Notes under the pieces: model-generated
The model's database searches: none
Told to the model about the DNA's origin: nothing
Seen by the model: the letters and a program-made list of their open reading frames with translations, nothing else
Assembly (NCBI GenBank): GCA_046563655.1
Contig: CM102283.1
Coordinates: 3,286,001 to 3,350,000, forward strand
DNA from: Yuukianura sp. NJ FZ-2021
Lineage: Eukaryota
Length of the DNA stretch: 64,000 nt
Direction: 5' to 3'
Part shown: piece after piece, positions 47,915-61,470 of the stretch
Layout of the letters: each line of letters starts with the position of its first letter
Position numbering within the stretch: position 1 is the stretch's first letter
Position numbers and translations under genes: made by a program

Positions 47915-50900
47915 ATGGACAGAAAACTTTTGTTCTGCGTGTTTGTTTTGGCGGTATTTAGTACAAAAGTACTTGGACTTCCTGTAGCGCAAGCACCAGT
48001 GGTATGAAATTTTAAAAAAAACGCTTTTTGAGAAGTTTTTTTTCCCAAAAAAAGTTTGTTTTTTTAGGGTGATGTGGTTGAATACGAGGATGGTTCGGTT
48101 GAAGAAACTGAGACGCAACCCGTTGTACTCACGGTGAGTACTATAATAAATCATAATTAATTCTATAATAAATTATAATTATTAAATTATAACCTATTAA
48201 ATTATAATAAATGATAATTAATTATAATTAATTAAATGTCTATTAATATTTAATTATATTTCTATTGCGATTAAATTTAATAATTGTTATATTTTTAGAA
48301 AAAGGGCGCCGTGAGTAAGCAGTATGGGCATGGTTCCACAACGCATGGAGAAACCCAGCAATCCAATGCGGAGGGGGGTCACCATGCCCTGCACACCCTG
48401 GGGGGTCTGCACCAGGCCACCAGGGGTGGGGAGCACCATGGACATGGTGGGGGAAAGACTACTGGCTTCGGAAATGGTGGTCTGCACCAGACCATGGGGG
48501 GTCTGCACCAGGCTAGCACCGGGGGTCTGAGCCAGATCACGGGGGGTCTGCACCAGATCGGGGGTGGGGACCATCATGGACATAGTGGCGGGAAAACGAT
48601 TAGCTTCGGAAATGGCGGTCTCACAGTCACTCTGCGTCCAGTAGTCAGAACCACTGCAGCACCGGAACATCATCATGCACAAATTGTAAACTTCAATTTT
48701 GTTACATTTCCAAATATGAAAATACAAGTTTGGAAAAGCGAAAAACTGTAAATTTTAATCCTGTAACTTTAACACTTTGCAGTTGACTACAACTCCTGAC
48801 CCGAAACTTGCATTTGATGTTCAAATGGTAAAAAGACAAATTTGAAGAAAAAGACAAAAATCATAACATATGTTATATTTATATGTTTATAAGAGGGGGC
48901 TCACTATCTATTGAATTTGTAACATTCGAATACAATTTGCAAAAGTGTAAAGTTGCAAAATGGCAAAGCTGCGAAATTGTAACTTTGTAAATTTTTGAAC
49001 TGTGTTTTTGCAGTTGACCACAACTCCTGACCCGAACGTTGATCACGGCGCTGCTCATGCGGAGTCAGGAGCGAGGATAGTTCGGAACGGCGGCAGTGGA
49101 CCTACAGAGCACCTCAACGATGTCATTTCCTTCTCACCAAAAACTAATCCGCCAGGCGACCATCATCATGCAGTGAGTGCAAAACTTCAAAATTTTGAAA
49201 AAAAAATTGAATTTCAAAAAAGTTTCTGTTTGCAAATTTCAGGGTGCGCCACCAGGCCAAGAAAAGCCACACCCAGTTATCTCAACTATAAGCCCACACG
49301 GGACACCACTGATTGGGGTAAGAAGTTCGCCTAGAATACTTTCTGAAAAAAAATCCTTTGTGAAATTAAATTTTCAAACTCCAAAATTTTGTTTAAAAAA
49401 TTTTAAGTTGTCCTTTGGCTTCTGATTTTCAGCAAAATCCAAACCCTGCACCACAAATTCAGCCGGCACCAAATGGTCCACCTCCAAATCCTCAAAATCC
49501 AAATCCAAATCCTCAAAATCCTAACCCAAATCCGTTTCAACCCCCGCCAAACCCCAACCCCTACGATTCCAATCCAAATCCTCCAACACCTCAAAATCCA
49601 AATCCTTTTCAACCACTACCAAATCCTCAAAATCCTAATCCAAATCCCTTTCAATCCCCTCCAAATCCTCAGAATCCAAATCCAAATCCCTTTCAACCCC
49701 CTCCAAATTCTCAAAATCCTAATCCAAATCCCTTTCAACCCCCTCCAAATCCTCAGAATCCAAATCCAAATCCCTTTCAACCCCCTCCAAATCCTCAAAA
49801 TCCAAATCCTTATCAGCCTCAGCCAAATCCAAATCCTTATCAACCTCAGCCAAATCCAAATCCTTATCAACCTCAGCCAAATCCTCAAAATCCTTATCCG
49901 AATCCTCAAAATCCTTTTCCAAATCCTCAAAATCCTTATCCGAATCCTCAAAATCCTTTTCCAAATCCTCAAAATCCAAATCCTCACGCCCCATCTCCAG
50001 TTGACATTGCATCGATTCTTGGAGCAGTAGGGAACGCAACAACGAATGGGGAGGCGGACAAGGAGGAGGAAGATGATGATGGCGGTTTCCAAGCGATCAT
50101 TGACTATGTTAAGGAGCTCATCAAGAAATATGGAGTCGTGCCAGTACTTGGAGCTGCAGTTGCCATGCTCCTCGCTTTCGTCTTCTTCGGCTCAAAAATT
50201 AACGCAGTCATTTTGAATCCTAAAAGTCCAGTTCACAAAAAACTGAAGACGATTGCCAACAAAGGAGCAAAACAAAAAGGACCGAAAGGAAAAGTCATGA
50301 AGATGCTCAAAAAACATTTAGAAAAACCACGGAAGCCAAAAGAAGCCAAGAAAAAAGAAGATGAAGACGAGGAAGATCCGAAGAAATCAACCAATCAGGA
50401 TCAAGAATCCAAAAAGAGAGGCGATGACGTCAGGAAAAACAAAGTTTCAATAGAAGATGACCGTGGATCACAAGATTCTGTTGAAGAAAAGCGCCAAAGA
50501 CGATTGGATCGGGAAAGAGCACGAGGTAGAGGGAGGGATTCGGAGGATCGGCGAAAGAAAAGATCGGTTTCCGAAGACAGCCGAGTTGAAAGGCGTGGAG
50601 ATACTGATGATCGGCGTAAACCAAAACGTGGCGACCCTGACGATCCTAGAAACCGCCGATCAGTTTCAGAAGACAGCCGAGTTATGAAAAGACAAGATGA
50701 AGATCGTAGGAAGCCTAATCGTCGGAATAGTCGGATGGACTCAGACGACAGCAGAAATGTTAGAAGAGGAGATGAGGATGATAGACGTAAAAAACGGAGG
50801 GATCGGCGAAACCGTGGAAGTTCGGAAGACTCTTCAGGAATTCCGGTAGTTGCAACGGTACACAGAGACGGAAGAGATGCTCAGAAAAAAGCTCGAAAAC

Positions 50901-51727
50901 CGATATCGCCTTTACCGGATGTCATGTATGCTCAACCGGGAGATCGCCGCGCTTCTCGCGCGTACGACGAACCAAAAACTTACCCGGATGATCCTGGACG
51001 CAAATATTCAACCGATCCGCATGGATATCCAACCGATCCTCGCGGATATCCAACCGATCCGCGTGGATATTCAAACGATCCGCGCGGTGCAGTTTCTCCA
51101 CGTGATTATGCAAGAGGCGGCACTTTACAGATTCCTAGACAATACGAAGATCAGCCGATTCGTCGAGCCGTTTCTCCCAGATCAGCTGCTCAGTTGCAAG
51201 ATCCGTACATGCGAAGCGGAACTCCAAGCAAAAATGTCGCTCCAAATTACGAAATGTCGCCAATGGGACGTGGACCGGGTTCGATCACATCCGAAATACC
51301 GCCAGTTTCAAACGGTCCCGCCTCGGATCAAAGCAGAGACGACCCGCGAAGACCCAGAAATTCAAATGTCGCTCCACTTCAAAACGGGTACGCCGATTCC
51401 CGCCCTTCTTCCGGAGCAGTTTCAAATTCACGTGGTGGCCCACCGCCAATCGTCGCTCCGACTCCGTTGAGACCGAGCCCTGTACCGGGAATCGGTTTTC
51501 CCGCTCCGGGAATTGAGTCAAACCGAACCCCAATACCGTTTGACAACTCTGCACCAACGGCATTTGCAAAGTACAACCAAAATCCAGCTGACAACTACTA
51601 TGACGATACTCCTGCACCACAGCAGTACAGCGAAAGGGCGCCAATTTCAAACGGTCCAGGGCCACAGTACGACCAAGACTACGGACATCCACCAAACGAA
51701 TACAGGGACTACAGACCACAATACTAA
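47915..51727 (+). CDS. Orphan type I membrane protein: His/Gly repeats, NPQ/P repeats, TM, Arg/Asp-rich and Pro-rich cytoplasmic tail
   Basis: Signal MDRKLLFCVFVLAVFSTKVLG; phase-0 exons joining GGLHQ repeats (48299-48690), LTTTPDP exons and ORF 49415-51727 with TM VVPVLGAAVAMLLAFVFFG. Exon joining is inferred. Confidence 0.65.
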
Positions 51728-51867
51728 AAATACTTATATAATATATAAATATAATATAAATAATACTTATATTTAATATAAATATTTAACATTAATAAAA
51801 AATAAGTACTTCTAATGGGATTCACATAATCATGTGTACATGAAGTGAAAAAAACGCAAATCCAGCC

Positions 51868-52078
51868 GTAAAAGTGGTAGGTGGTCGTAAAAGTTGTAGG
51901 TGGTAGTAAAAGTGGTAGGTGGTAGAAAAAGTGGTAGGTGGTAGTAAAAGTGGTAGGTGGTGGTAAAAGTGGTAGGTGGTGGTAAAAGTGGTAGGTGGTA
52001 GTAAAAGTGGTAGGTGGTGGTAAAAGTGGTAGGTGCTAGTAAAAGTGGTAGGTGGTCGGGAAAGTTGTAGGTGGTCGG
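51868..52078. repeat. 19-bp minisatellite GTAAAAGTGGTAGGTGGT(A/G), about 11 copies
   Basis: Read directly from the sequence. Confidence 0.9.
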
Positions 52079-52614
52079 GACTCACACTGCAAAAGAAAGT
52101 GAAACTATTCCTCATTTTTGTCAATTTCTTAAAAATTGTGTATTGTAGTTGGAGGTGGCTTGGGAAATTAAATGGATTGCAATGCAGAGCGGGAAATTTT
52201 GAATTTAAACAATATTTTTTTCGACGCCTTAAAATTTAAAAAGTGTGTAACATTTCCGCAAAGTTCCAGACACTTCTAGTGATTGGGCTTTGAGGTTTCT
52301 TGTTTGGAGTACGTATTGAGCCTGTTGACCGTTGACTCCTCGCCCGCCAACTTTTGAAATTTGAATTGTTAATCACAGGAAATTGACGTTCTATCTCTTG
52401 CGGTTTCTTCGTAATTTTGAGCCACAAAACCGCAGTTTTACTGTCTCATCATTTGAACTGGAGCATAGAAGATCACAATTCAGACCCACTAAAAACCAGA
52501 ACAGACACCAACTTTATCATGTGTACAACCAAGCGTCGTAATTTTTTAACAAATTCAAAATTTTGAAATAGACAACAAAAAAGTTTCGGATTTTCAAAAT
52601 TTCAAATTTTGAAC

Positions 52615-55388
52615 ATGGGGCTGATCAGCGTGGCTCTCTTGGTCCTTGTACTTACCGTACAAGCGTCTGTTGGACAATCAGCGGTAAGAAAATTAAAAAA
52701 AATTGTAAAAATTTAGAAAAAAAAAACTACTTTTCACAGGAATCTTGGTCTTAATTCCTGGATTTGCTGTAGAAATGTTTCAAAAATGAAAATTTTGAAT
52801 TTTTTTTTCAAAATTTTCAGGAAAGTGAAGTAGCAAAAACGAAAATCGCCCTTGGAATAGTAATTGCCATCCTGTTATTCGTTATTCTGTTGATGATTCT
52901 CTACTGGACATGTTTTCTAATGCGTCAACTCACACGACGCGTCCACAACGTCTCAAATGTCCAATTTCAGCGGGAATATTTAAAACAGTTGGAAGCTGAA
53001 GATGTGGCTTACAAAAATCCTTCAATTTGGCGCCAATTTAAATTTTCAAAAACAAAAGTCCGAGATGACGACACAATTGACATCAAAGACGTCAAATCTT
53101 TTGAAACAACGGAATCCTCAAATGTCCGTACTTTTAGTCAAACTGAGCAAGAAGTGACTGCTCATGCCCAGGAATCGACCAATCAGCAACAAGAATCCAC
53201 TACTTGGAGTTCGTGGTACCACGAAAAACTGGATTCACTGCGCAGCACTTTTCGACGTTCTGCGCAGACTCCTCCCCCATTGGCTGACGACGAAGAAATG
53301 CAAATGCAATCATCCAGTGTAGGAGAAACCTTTTCCGCGCCTCCGGCGCAAGTAAAGACCACAACCGAAACTGAGACGACCACTACGAGATCCTGGCCGC
53401 GCGGAATTCAAATTTTACAAAAATTTCATACCACGAAACACTTGAAAGATGAACAAATTCCGCAAGATGAAGCAGCCGAGTACAAGATGCAACTGGCTCA
53501 AGCCAAAGAGGAACAGCGCAGACTCAAAGAAATTGAAAAAGTTCAAAAAGCTGAAGCCGCTTTTGAAGAAAAGAAGCGTCGCAAGGAAGAAGATGAACGG
53601 CTGATTCTTGAATACCGTCAACGTGAATTAGCAGCCGAAGCTGAGCGGCGCAGAACTCTAGAAGCCGAACGGCTTGAAGCCGCTGACAAAAAACGCCAGA
53701 AGGATGAACAATTGCGTCTAGCCAAAGATTTTCAGAAATCGCTGGAGCTGGAGAAACTGGAAGCCGAACGGCTTCATAAGCTTGAATTGGAACGTCAAGC
53801 AGCCGAAGCCGCTCAGCTGATTGCTGAAACCAAAGAACAAGCCAAACGGGACAAAATCGCTGCTGAAGAGTTGAAACGAGCTGAAGAAGCTGCAAAACTG
53901 GAACGAACTCGTGTTGAAGCCGATGAAGCCAAACGAGCCAGAGTTGGTGCCAAAGAAGCCAAAAAACAACAAAAAGCTGCTGAAAAAGCGGCAACCCTGG
54001 AACGAATTCGGCTTGAAAAGGAAGAAGCTGAGCGACTAAAGCGTGAAGCCGATTTAGCAGCAAAGGAGAAAAAAGAACAAGAAAAAGCTGCTGCAGAAGC
54101 CGCGAAACGTGAAAAAGAAGCTGCTCTTGAAGCCGCGAAACGTGAAAAGGAAACCGCTGCAGAAACCGCTAAACGTGAAAAAGAAGCTGCACTGGAAGCC
54201 GCGAAACGTGAAAAAGAAGCTGCACTTGAAGCCGCGAAACGTCAGAAAGAAACTGCTGCAGAAATCGCGAAACGTGAAAAAGAAGCCGCTCTTGAAGCCG
54301 TGAAACGCCAAAAAGAAACTGCTGCAGAAACCGCGAAACGTGAAAAAGAAGCTGCTGAAGCCGCCAGGAAAGCTGCAATTGAAGCGGCTAAACGTGAAAA
54401 AGAAGCTGCCGAATTGGCGCGAAAAGAAGCTGAAGCTCAGGAGCGTGCCAGAAGGCAATTTGAAGCCCAAGAATTAATTAGAAAAGAAAAAGAAGCAATT
54501 GAAGCTAAACTCAGACAAAAAGATGCAAAAAAAGTAGAAGCCGCAGTTCAAAAAGCTGCTGCACACATTGAACTTTTAGAGAAAGGAATCTCCGAAAAAA
54601 CGGCCGAGGAAATTGCAATTCGCGAAAAAGAAGAACGTGAAATAGCACTAAAAGAAGCTGAAGCTGCAGAATTAGCTGCTCGTGAAAAAGAAGCTGCTGA
54701 GAAAGCGGAGCGAGAGAGGGAAGCAGCTTTGAAAGCAAAATTGGAGCGGGAAATTCAAGAAAAATTGAAAAAAGATGCTGAAATTGCCGCTAAAATTCAA
54801 AAAGAAAGAGAACAACTTGAAAAGGCTTTAGCCAAAGCACGTGCCGAAAAAGAAGCACTGGAACTTGCTCGTCAAGAAAAAGAGAAGAAACGGCTTGAAG
54901 TAGAAGCCGAACGCAAACGAGTCGAAGCTGAAGAAGCCGAACGAAAACGAGTGGAAGCGGAAGAAGCCGAGAGAAAACGGCTGGAAGCCGAGAAGCTTCA
55001 ATTGGTTGAAGATGAGCCAATGGCAGCCGCAAGTGTTGCTCCAGAAAATTTTTCAAGTTTCAAGCCAACAAGAGATGAAAACGAGTTTGCAGATGCAAAA
55101 AGGTCAACAACAACTGGCTCAACTACAACTGAGTCAACAACTACTACCACCACAACAACTGTAGTTACTCACGTGACAGTTGAGAAAGAGCATATTGCAG
55201 GAACCGATTCCAAAATAATTTTGGCAGAAGTTGCCGAGGGAGAGCCCGTTTTGCCAGACAATTTTGAAAGTGTTCATGTACGTAAAGAGCATGGCGAATA
55301 CTTGCCAGCACCTCCAGACGAAGATCTAACTCTGGAACAAGTGAAACCTTACACGCTAACTACCAGTACAGAAGTGGACTTGCCATAA
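52615..55388 (+). CDS. Orphan membrane protein with a minimal ectodomain and a long E/K/R/A-rich helical cytoplasmic region
   Basis: Exon 1 MGLISVALLVLVLTVQASVGQSA (52615-52683); exon 2 from 52821 with TM IALGIVIAILLFVILLMILYWTCFLM; 11-residue AAKREKEAALE repeats at about 54090-54420. Confidence 0.75.
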
Positions 55389-56378
55389 AGTCAAACAATT
55401 CTCACGCATGTGTACAACTTCAAAAAAATCCGCGCCGAATCCATCTTTTAACTCAATTTTTTGGGTTTTGCTGATTTCCAACATAGAAAAAAAAATTAAA
55501 CTAGAAAAATCCTCCTAAACGCCACACAAAATTCTTCTCCCGAATTTTTCAAAATTCGACACCTAAAACTACAGGTTCAAAATGCAAGCAATGCAATGGA
55601 TTCCTCAAATTCTAAACTTTTCAAAGTTCAGAAACAATTTCGATGTTTGTTCTAGCAAAATTTGAAATCCCCAAGGTTTTTCCGCCTAGTGAAAATTTAA
55701 AATTCAGGAAACTTCTGTTTCCCGCCAACCCTTCAAATATGCTTCGAAACTAAGTTTTTAAAACTGTAATTAAAACTGCTTAAAATTTTAATTAGCATAA
55801 CAAAACTGTTATGTAATTTAAATAATCAATTAAAATATTTAATTACCATAAAATTTAATGTACATATAAATCATGTAAATAGTTGTATTTGCATAGTAAT
55901 TTCATTGTTTGTGAGTAGAGTAGAAGTGGACGTTAGTTTTATTTATCAAGTTTAATTAGACAATGGAAAAGAAGCGGCAGGAAATGAAGAAATCTCTGTT
56001 CTGCGGTTAAAATTGAGAAGAGACTAACCGAAGAAAGTAGTTGGAACCACAGAGGAAGAGTAATTTCTAGGAATTAGTTATGGTTTTAGAACGTAGTTTA
56101 GTTTGATTATGGTGAGGGAATTTACAAAACTAATTAAATACACCAGATAACTTAACACTCTCCAACACTAAAGTGGCACGGTGGAGAGGAGGGAAAATTT
56201 AACAACGACCACGGCAGTGCGTCCACGCCATTTCACAAAAAAAGTGTCTGAACACTGCTTAGAAAAAAAAACTTAGTTTTTTTGTGTCTAGGTGTTGAGT
56301 TTAATTAACTTCAAATTAGGCTAAAGTCTAAAAAGCGAGAATTAAAATTTTGGAAAAACAAATTTTGAAAAAGGGATC

Positions 56379-57563
56379 ATGAAGTGTGCTCTGATTTTTT
56401 TGTGTTTGGCGTCTTGCTTGGTCGTAAGGGCTTTGCCCAGGCCTCAAGATGAAGACGAATCACCACCGCCTCCTCCTCCTGAAGGCAGCAAGGTCAGTAA
56501 CTTAAAAAATAAGCAATTTAAATAATATAATATAATAATACATTAATATAAAACTAACATAAAAAATCATTATAAAAAAGTAATATAAAATCTAAAAATT
56601 ATTTTGCATTTTTAGCCTCCACCGTTTCTGGAAACGGTCAACGCGGATGCTGACAAACCAGTAAAATTCTATAAGACATTTTTTATCATTAGCTTTTAAA
56701 GAATTTTGATTCGATAGATGAAAGAATTGGAAGGAGTTATTCAGCTTACCTGAAACAATGAATTGAATACTATATAATCTTTTTTATTAAAATATTAAAG
56801 TGTTATAATAAAGCTACTACTAATCTTGTACTAGCACTTTGCAGGAACTTATGAAACATTTAGTCTTAAAAACTGATTATTTTAATTAAAAATGACAAGG
56901 GCGCAGTTGAATCGTCCTTGGAAAACGGAAGTCCTGCTCTCACGCCTGCCCCACCCGCTCCAGCCCCACCGGGCGCCACCGCAGCACAGCCTCAAAATAT
57001 TGTAAATATTGCATATAATATGTAAATATGCATTCCTCATGACACTTTTTGGTTAACTTTTTAGTTAGACTAATTAACTTTTTTAACTTTGAAGGCAGGA
57101 GATGCTGGTGTAGCCGCGACTTCCGGAACTTCCCGAGTGATTCCGACTCAAACCGAGGACGATGACGCTCTCACTCCAATCATCTTTCTCGTGCTCATTC
57201 TTGTGTTGATCATTTTACTGTTGATCATTCTGTTCGGATGCTACTTTATGAAGAAACTACACGGAAAAGCCATTTTCACAACTGGTGGGCCGGTAAATTT
57301 TTAAAAACTTGAAATTTTGAAAAAATTTTGATTTTGAGCTTTTTAAAAAAGTTTCGTTTTTTGAAAATTTGAAGCGATACAGAAACCCGCCAGTTCAGGC
57401 TAAAGCTGCACCGACGCAGACATTGCTCACAACTCCGCCAGGGGACGTTGTGCACCACGAATCCAAAACTTTTGAAACTTTGATTCCCGGCGGAAAAGAA
57501 ACGACGCACGTCACTACGACAAAAACGACAAAAACAATTACGTCGGCAAGCAATGTGGCCTAA
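56379..57563 (+). CDS. Small orphan type I membrane protein, Pro-rich, multi-exon
   Basis: Signal MKCALIFLCLASCLVVRA; PPPPP; TM IIFLVLILVLIILLLIILFGCYFM; last exon ends at 57563. Confidence 0.6.
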
Positions 57564-58381
57564 CTACAATTATGTCAACAGCAATTCCATCAACAAGCTC
57601 AAAAACAACAAACAAATTCGATAGTATCAAAGTAAAATGTGGTAAAAATTTAGTTTCTTTATAAATTTTAATTAGTTTATTAATTAAAAATCACCAAAAA
57701 ACGTAATTCTTAGGCTGGGGTAAAATCTGATAAAGTAATTAGCAAAAGTAATTAGTAAATAATTATCAAAAATAACAAAATTCAGGAAAAAATTTAATTA
57801 GTAAAATAGAATTTAGCATTTGAGGAATTTTTTGTTAAGGTTTTCTTCACTTTTCCTTTGAAATTGTTCAAAATCAGGCCGTGGGTGTGAGTTTAGTGCG
57901 AAATCAGAATTGAAATAGGTGTTTTAATTTTTAACAGTGTTAAGTTAGTGTGATATGCACATTTGAATAAGTTTAAAACTAATTGCAATTAGTTTTAAAG
58001 TTGCTACAGTTAAAGTTAATCTGTAAATAAAAGTTGGTTAATTATTTAAGTGAAATACATGTGAATTATCTTCACTTTTTATTAATTGCATTGCCACAAG
58101 TTGACAAAAACCACATTAACAGTTAACTTAACAATTTAGAAATTTTTTTTTTGGAGTGTTTTCGAAATCTTTGGTTTTCAAAATCGACTTCTCCCGCCGC
58201 AGAAAATCAGAAAATGGACAAAATTTTGGTTTTTCGAACTCTCCCTTTCTGCAACTTGCAATGAATTCAGTTTTTGATTGAGTGTTTCCCAAATCATGCA
58301 GCGGTTACTTCAGTTAACTCAAGCGGAGTTAAACTGCAATTAAAGTTAACTTTAAGTTAAAGTTAAAGTTAACTAACAGCG

Positions 58382-60640
58382 ATGGGGGTACAAATGCTAT
58401 TAACGTGTCGGTGTGCAGCGCTCGTGACCTTTGTGACCTTCACGGCAGTTGTGACCAACGCTAAGATTTGTTTGGAAGTGGAGGATTCAAATTCTGCACC
58501 AATCACGGTCAAGGAAATTGGTGAAAGTGATACAGGTCAAGGTCAAGGTCACGAAAATGGCGGGAAAATTTTTGATATTCACGTGGGAAATTCCAATCCT
58601 GATTCAAACCATGATGGAAGTGACAAAGTGAGAATCACCATCACGCTTGTTCTGGAAGCCACAAACGACACAAATCCGGTTGTACCGCTAATTTTACCGC
58701 TAGGTGGGGCGGCTGTTGGTGCCGGAATAAGTGGAGCGGTAAATTCAAAAAACAAAATTGAAAAAACTGCTGGCGAAAACCCGATTCCGAACCCAGATGA
58801 AACAACTCAGAGAGAGATCGAAGCTGGCAACACTGTAAGCGAACAACCAAAACTTTCCGAAACCAGCACTGTGCCAAATGCTGGCAACATCGCACCAGCA
58901 GTATTGGCGCTACCGACACCCATTCCTAATGAAAATGTTGGTGAGACTCCTTCAAAACCGACAGTATTTAAACCAATAGCTGCCCATAGAGCTGGCAACG
59001 CTATTCCAGGATTGGTACCAGAAAAAAGGAAAAACACGGCTTCAGATTCCAGTGTTGCCACTTCTGAAAAAGGTGGCAACATTGCTCCAGGACTTACTGT
59101 AATTGGCAACACCGCTTCTAAAAATTCTGAAGGTGGCAACACTATTGCTAAAAATACTGAACCTGGCTTCACTACTGCTCAAAATTCTGAAGCTGGCAAC
59201 ACTATTCCTAGAAATACTGAAGCTGGCAACACTATTCCTAGAAATACTGAAGCTGGCAACATCGCTGTTCTAGAAAAAAATGGCAACACTTCTCCGGTAC
59301 CCGAAACTGTTTCAGAAGAAGTGAAAAACAAAACCGCCGGAATTCTTGCACTACTTGGCAACCCTGCTCCGGACTTTACAGAAAAAGGCAAACTTCTGGC
59401 AAAGAAACTTGGCAACAAGGGAGCAACTTTCGGTACCGGAACTGCAGCAGCACTTTTATTCGGAAGTGGACTCGCTGCTACCGGTTTGAAAAAACATCAA
59501 GAAAATCTAGCTGGTGTTGGATTACAGGAAACGGAGATACCCATTCCCGAGGTACCGGTACTCAACGGTACTGAAACTTCCGAACGTCCTGTACCTTCCA
59601 GTACCGAAAAATCTAAGTTCCATAAAAAACAAGAATCTGGTACCTCCCGTACCAACGAAGCTCCACCTCCTCCAGAAACCGGTACCAGAGGGGGTACCGA
59701 GGTATCTAAAGAACATCTGCAAGACTCCGAAGACGTAAGTGTAGAAGAAGACGAAGAGCATATGAATTGCACTTGTGCGGATGCGAATACGGGAGAATCT
59801 TCTGGATTTGACGATACGCTTAACGCAGGCGTAAATACCGTCCGCACACTCGTCATCCAATCAATATCGGTCGTTGGAACGAACTTTATTGCTCTCGGTA
59901 TCATGGGATACGCCATCATGAAACAAATCGGTACCGTTAAGGACATGCTTGGACCTATGGAAGATGAAGAGAGCAAAAGGTTTCAAAATTTCGAAATAAA
60001 ATGAAAAAAACTTCAAAATTTTGAAAAAAATTAATTTTTTTTTCTAAATTACAGTGAACCAGAACGAAAAAAGAGTCCACCGCCCGCGGCGACTAAATTA
60101 ATTGGAGTGAAAAAGGAGCTGACCCCTCCTCCTCCTCCTCCAAAAAAGGATCCGACCCCTCCTCCTCCTCCGGAAAAGGAGGCCACCCCTCCTCCTCCTC
60201 CTGAAAAGGAGGCCACCCCTCCTCCTCCTCCTCCAGAAAAGGAGCCACCCCCTTCTCCTCCTCGCTTGGGGCTGAAGAAACTTGCAAAGCGCCGTGCTAT
60301 GAAATTGAATGCCGATGATCTTATTATGCCCAGCGAACCAACTATTCGTCTCGACGAATTCGAACCGGTAAATACCGGACCGCCTCCGGAACTGAATCTC
60401 GGCACAAATCCGGTACCATTTGTACCAATTGAGGATGTCGGTGATCTGATCGACTCGGACGACGAACTTGATACCGGAGATTTGGAAAATCTGGAAGAAA
60501 CTTTTGCAAAACCGGATGAATCACCGGAACCGTCGCCTTCCCCCGAACCGGAACCGACACGACGTGAGTCCGATATAATGCCGGATCTGAGCATGTTGGA
60601 ATTTGAACAACCCGAAACGGAAGAGGAGGAGGAAGATTGA
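58382..60640 (+). CDS. Orphan membrane protein with AGN/GNT repeats and a polyproline/acidic tail (2 exons)
   Basis: ORF 58382-60004 with an N-terminal hydrophobic segment, repeated GCTGGCAAC and hydrophobic ISVVGTNFIALGIMGYAIM. Likely intron at about 59980-60054 joins to the EKEATPPPPP exon. Confidence 0.65.
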
Positions 60641-61470
60641 GGAGCTTATGGGCCACCATAAATCATGAAGATGATTGATGACGAATAGCATATTAAAATA
60701 ACATAATATATAATTATATATTATTTTAACATTAAATATTATAATTAGAATCTACAACTACTTCCACGTTCTGTACTTTCTTACTTCCCAAAATTAAATC
60801 TTGATCAAACTTCTTTTTTTTTCGGAATTTGATGAACATTTGACCCCACTCACCACTTTTACATTTTTGCAAGCATTTTAAATTTTTTGGACATGAAAAC
60901 TTTTCCAACCATTTTAAATTTCTTAAATTTTTAAAAAAATTTCCTTGAAAAATTTAACAATTTTTGAAAACCGTGAGCTGAGTGACGCGGGGATTACAAA
61001 ATTCAACTTCACTTTTGATCAAAAAGTGGCGTGTTACGACCATTTTTTTTTTAAATTGACGTCATTGTCAAGTTTTTGCAAAAATAATGTTACTGCAGTG
61101 TCCTACTAACGCTAATCGTCCACTTTTTGAAGTGTTTGACGTTGTTTCTAACACAAAGTGAAGTGGATGCAACGGACCAACGTCAATTCGGCACTTTTTA
61201 ATCACACCCAAAAACTTTTTGATTAAAAAAACTTTTTTTTTAGGATTAAGCAATTTGTATTGTTCTAACTTCGCAGTAATTTACTTGACACCAAAAACTA
61301 TTTTGATAAGGATTTGCAAAAATTAATCTCTGAAAACAAAATTTGCAAAAATCCTAATCTCCGTTAATCTGCACTAATCTTTGTCCATGTCCTATAAAAC
61401 CAATGCCAAAAAAGATGTGCGAATTATATTTTGAAGTGGATTTCTAGCCGTTTGCACAAACTTGCAAAAA

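Noticed and set aside
49473-50092. ILKILIQI, RIWI and DFEDL repeat ORFs
   Set aside because: They are alternative-frame and antisense readings of the NPQ repeat exon.
53183-55056. Antisense Phe/Ser/Leu-rich ORFs
   Set aside because: They are shadows of the E/K/A-rich coding strand.
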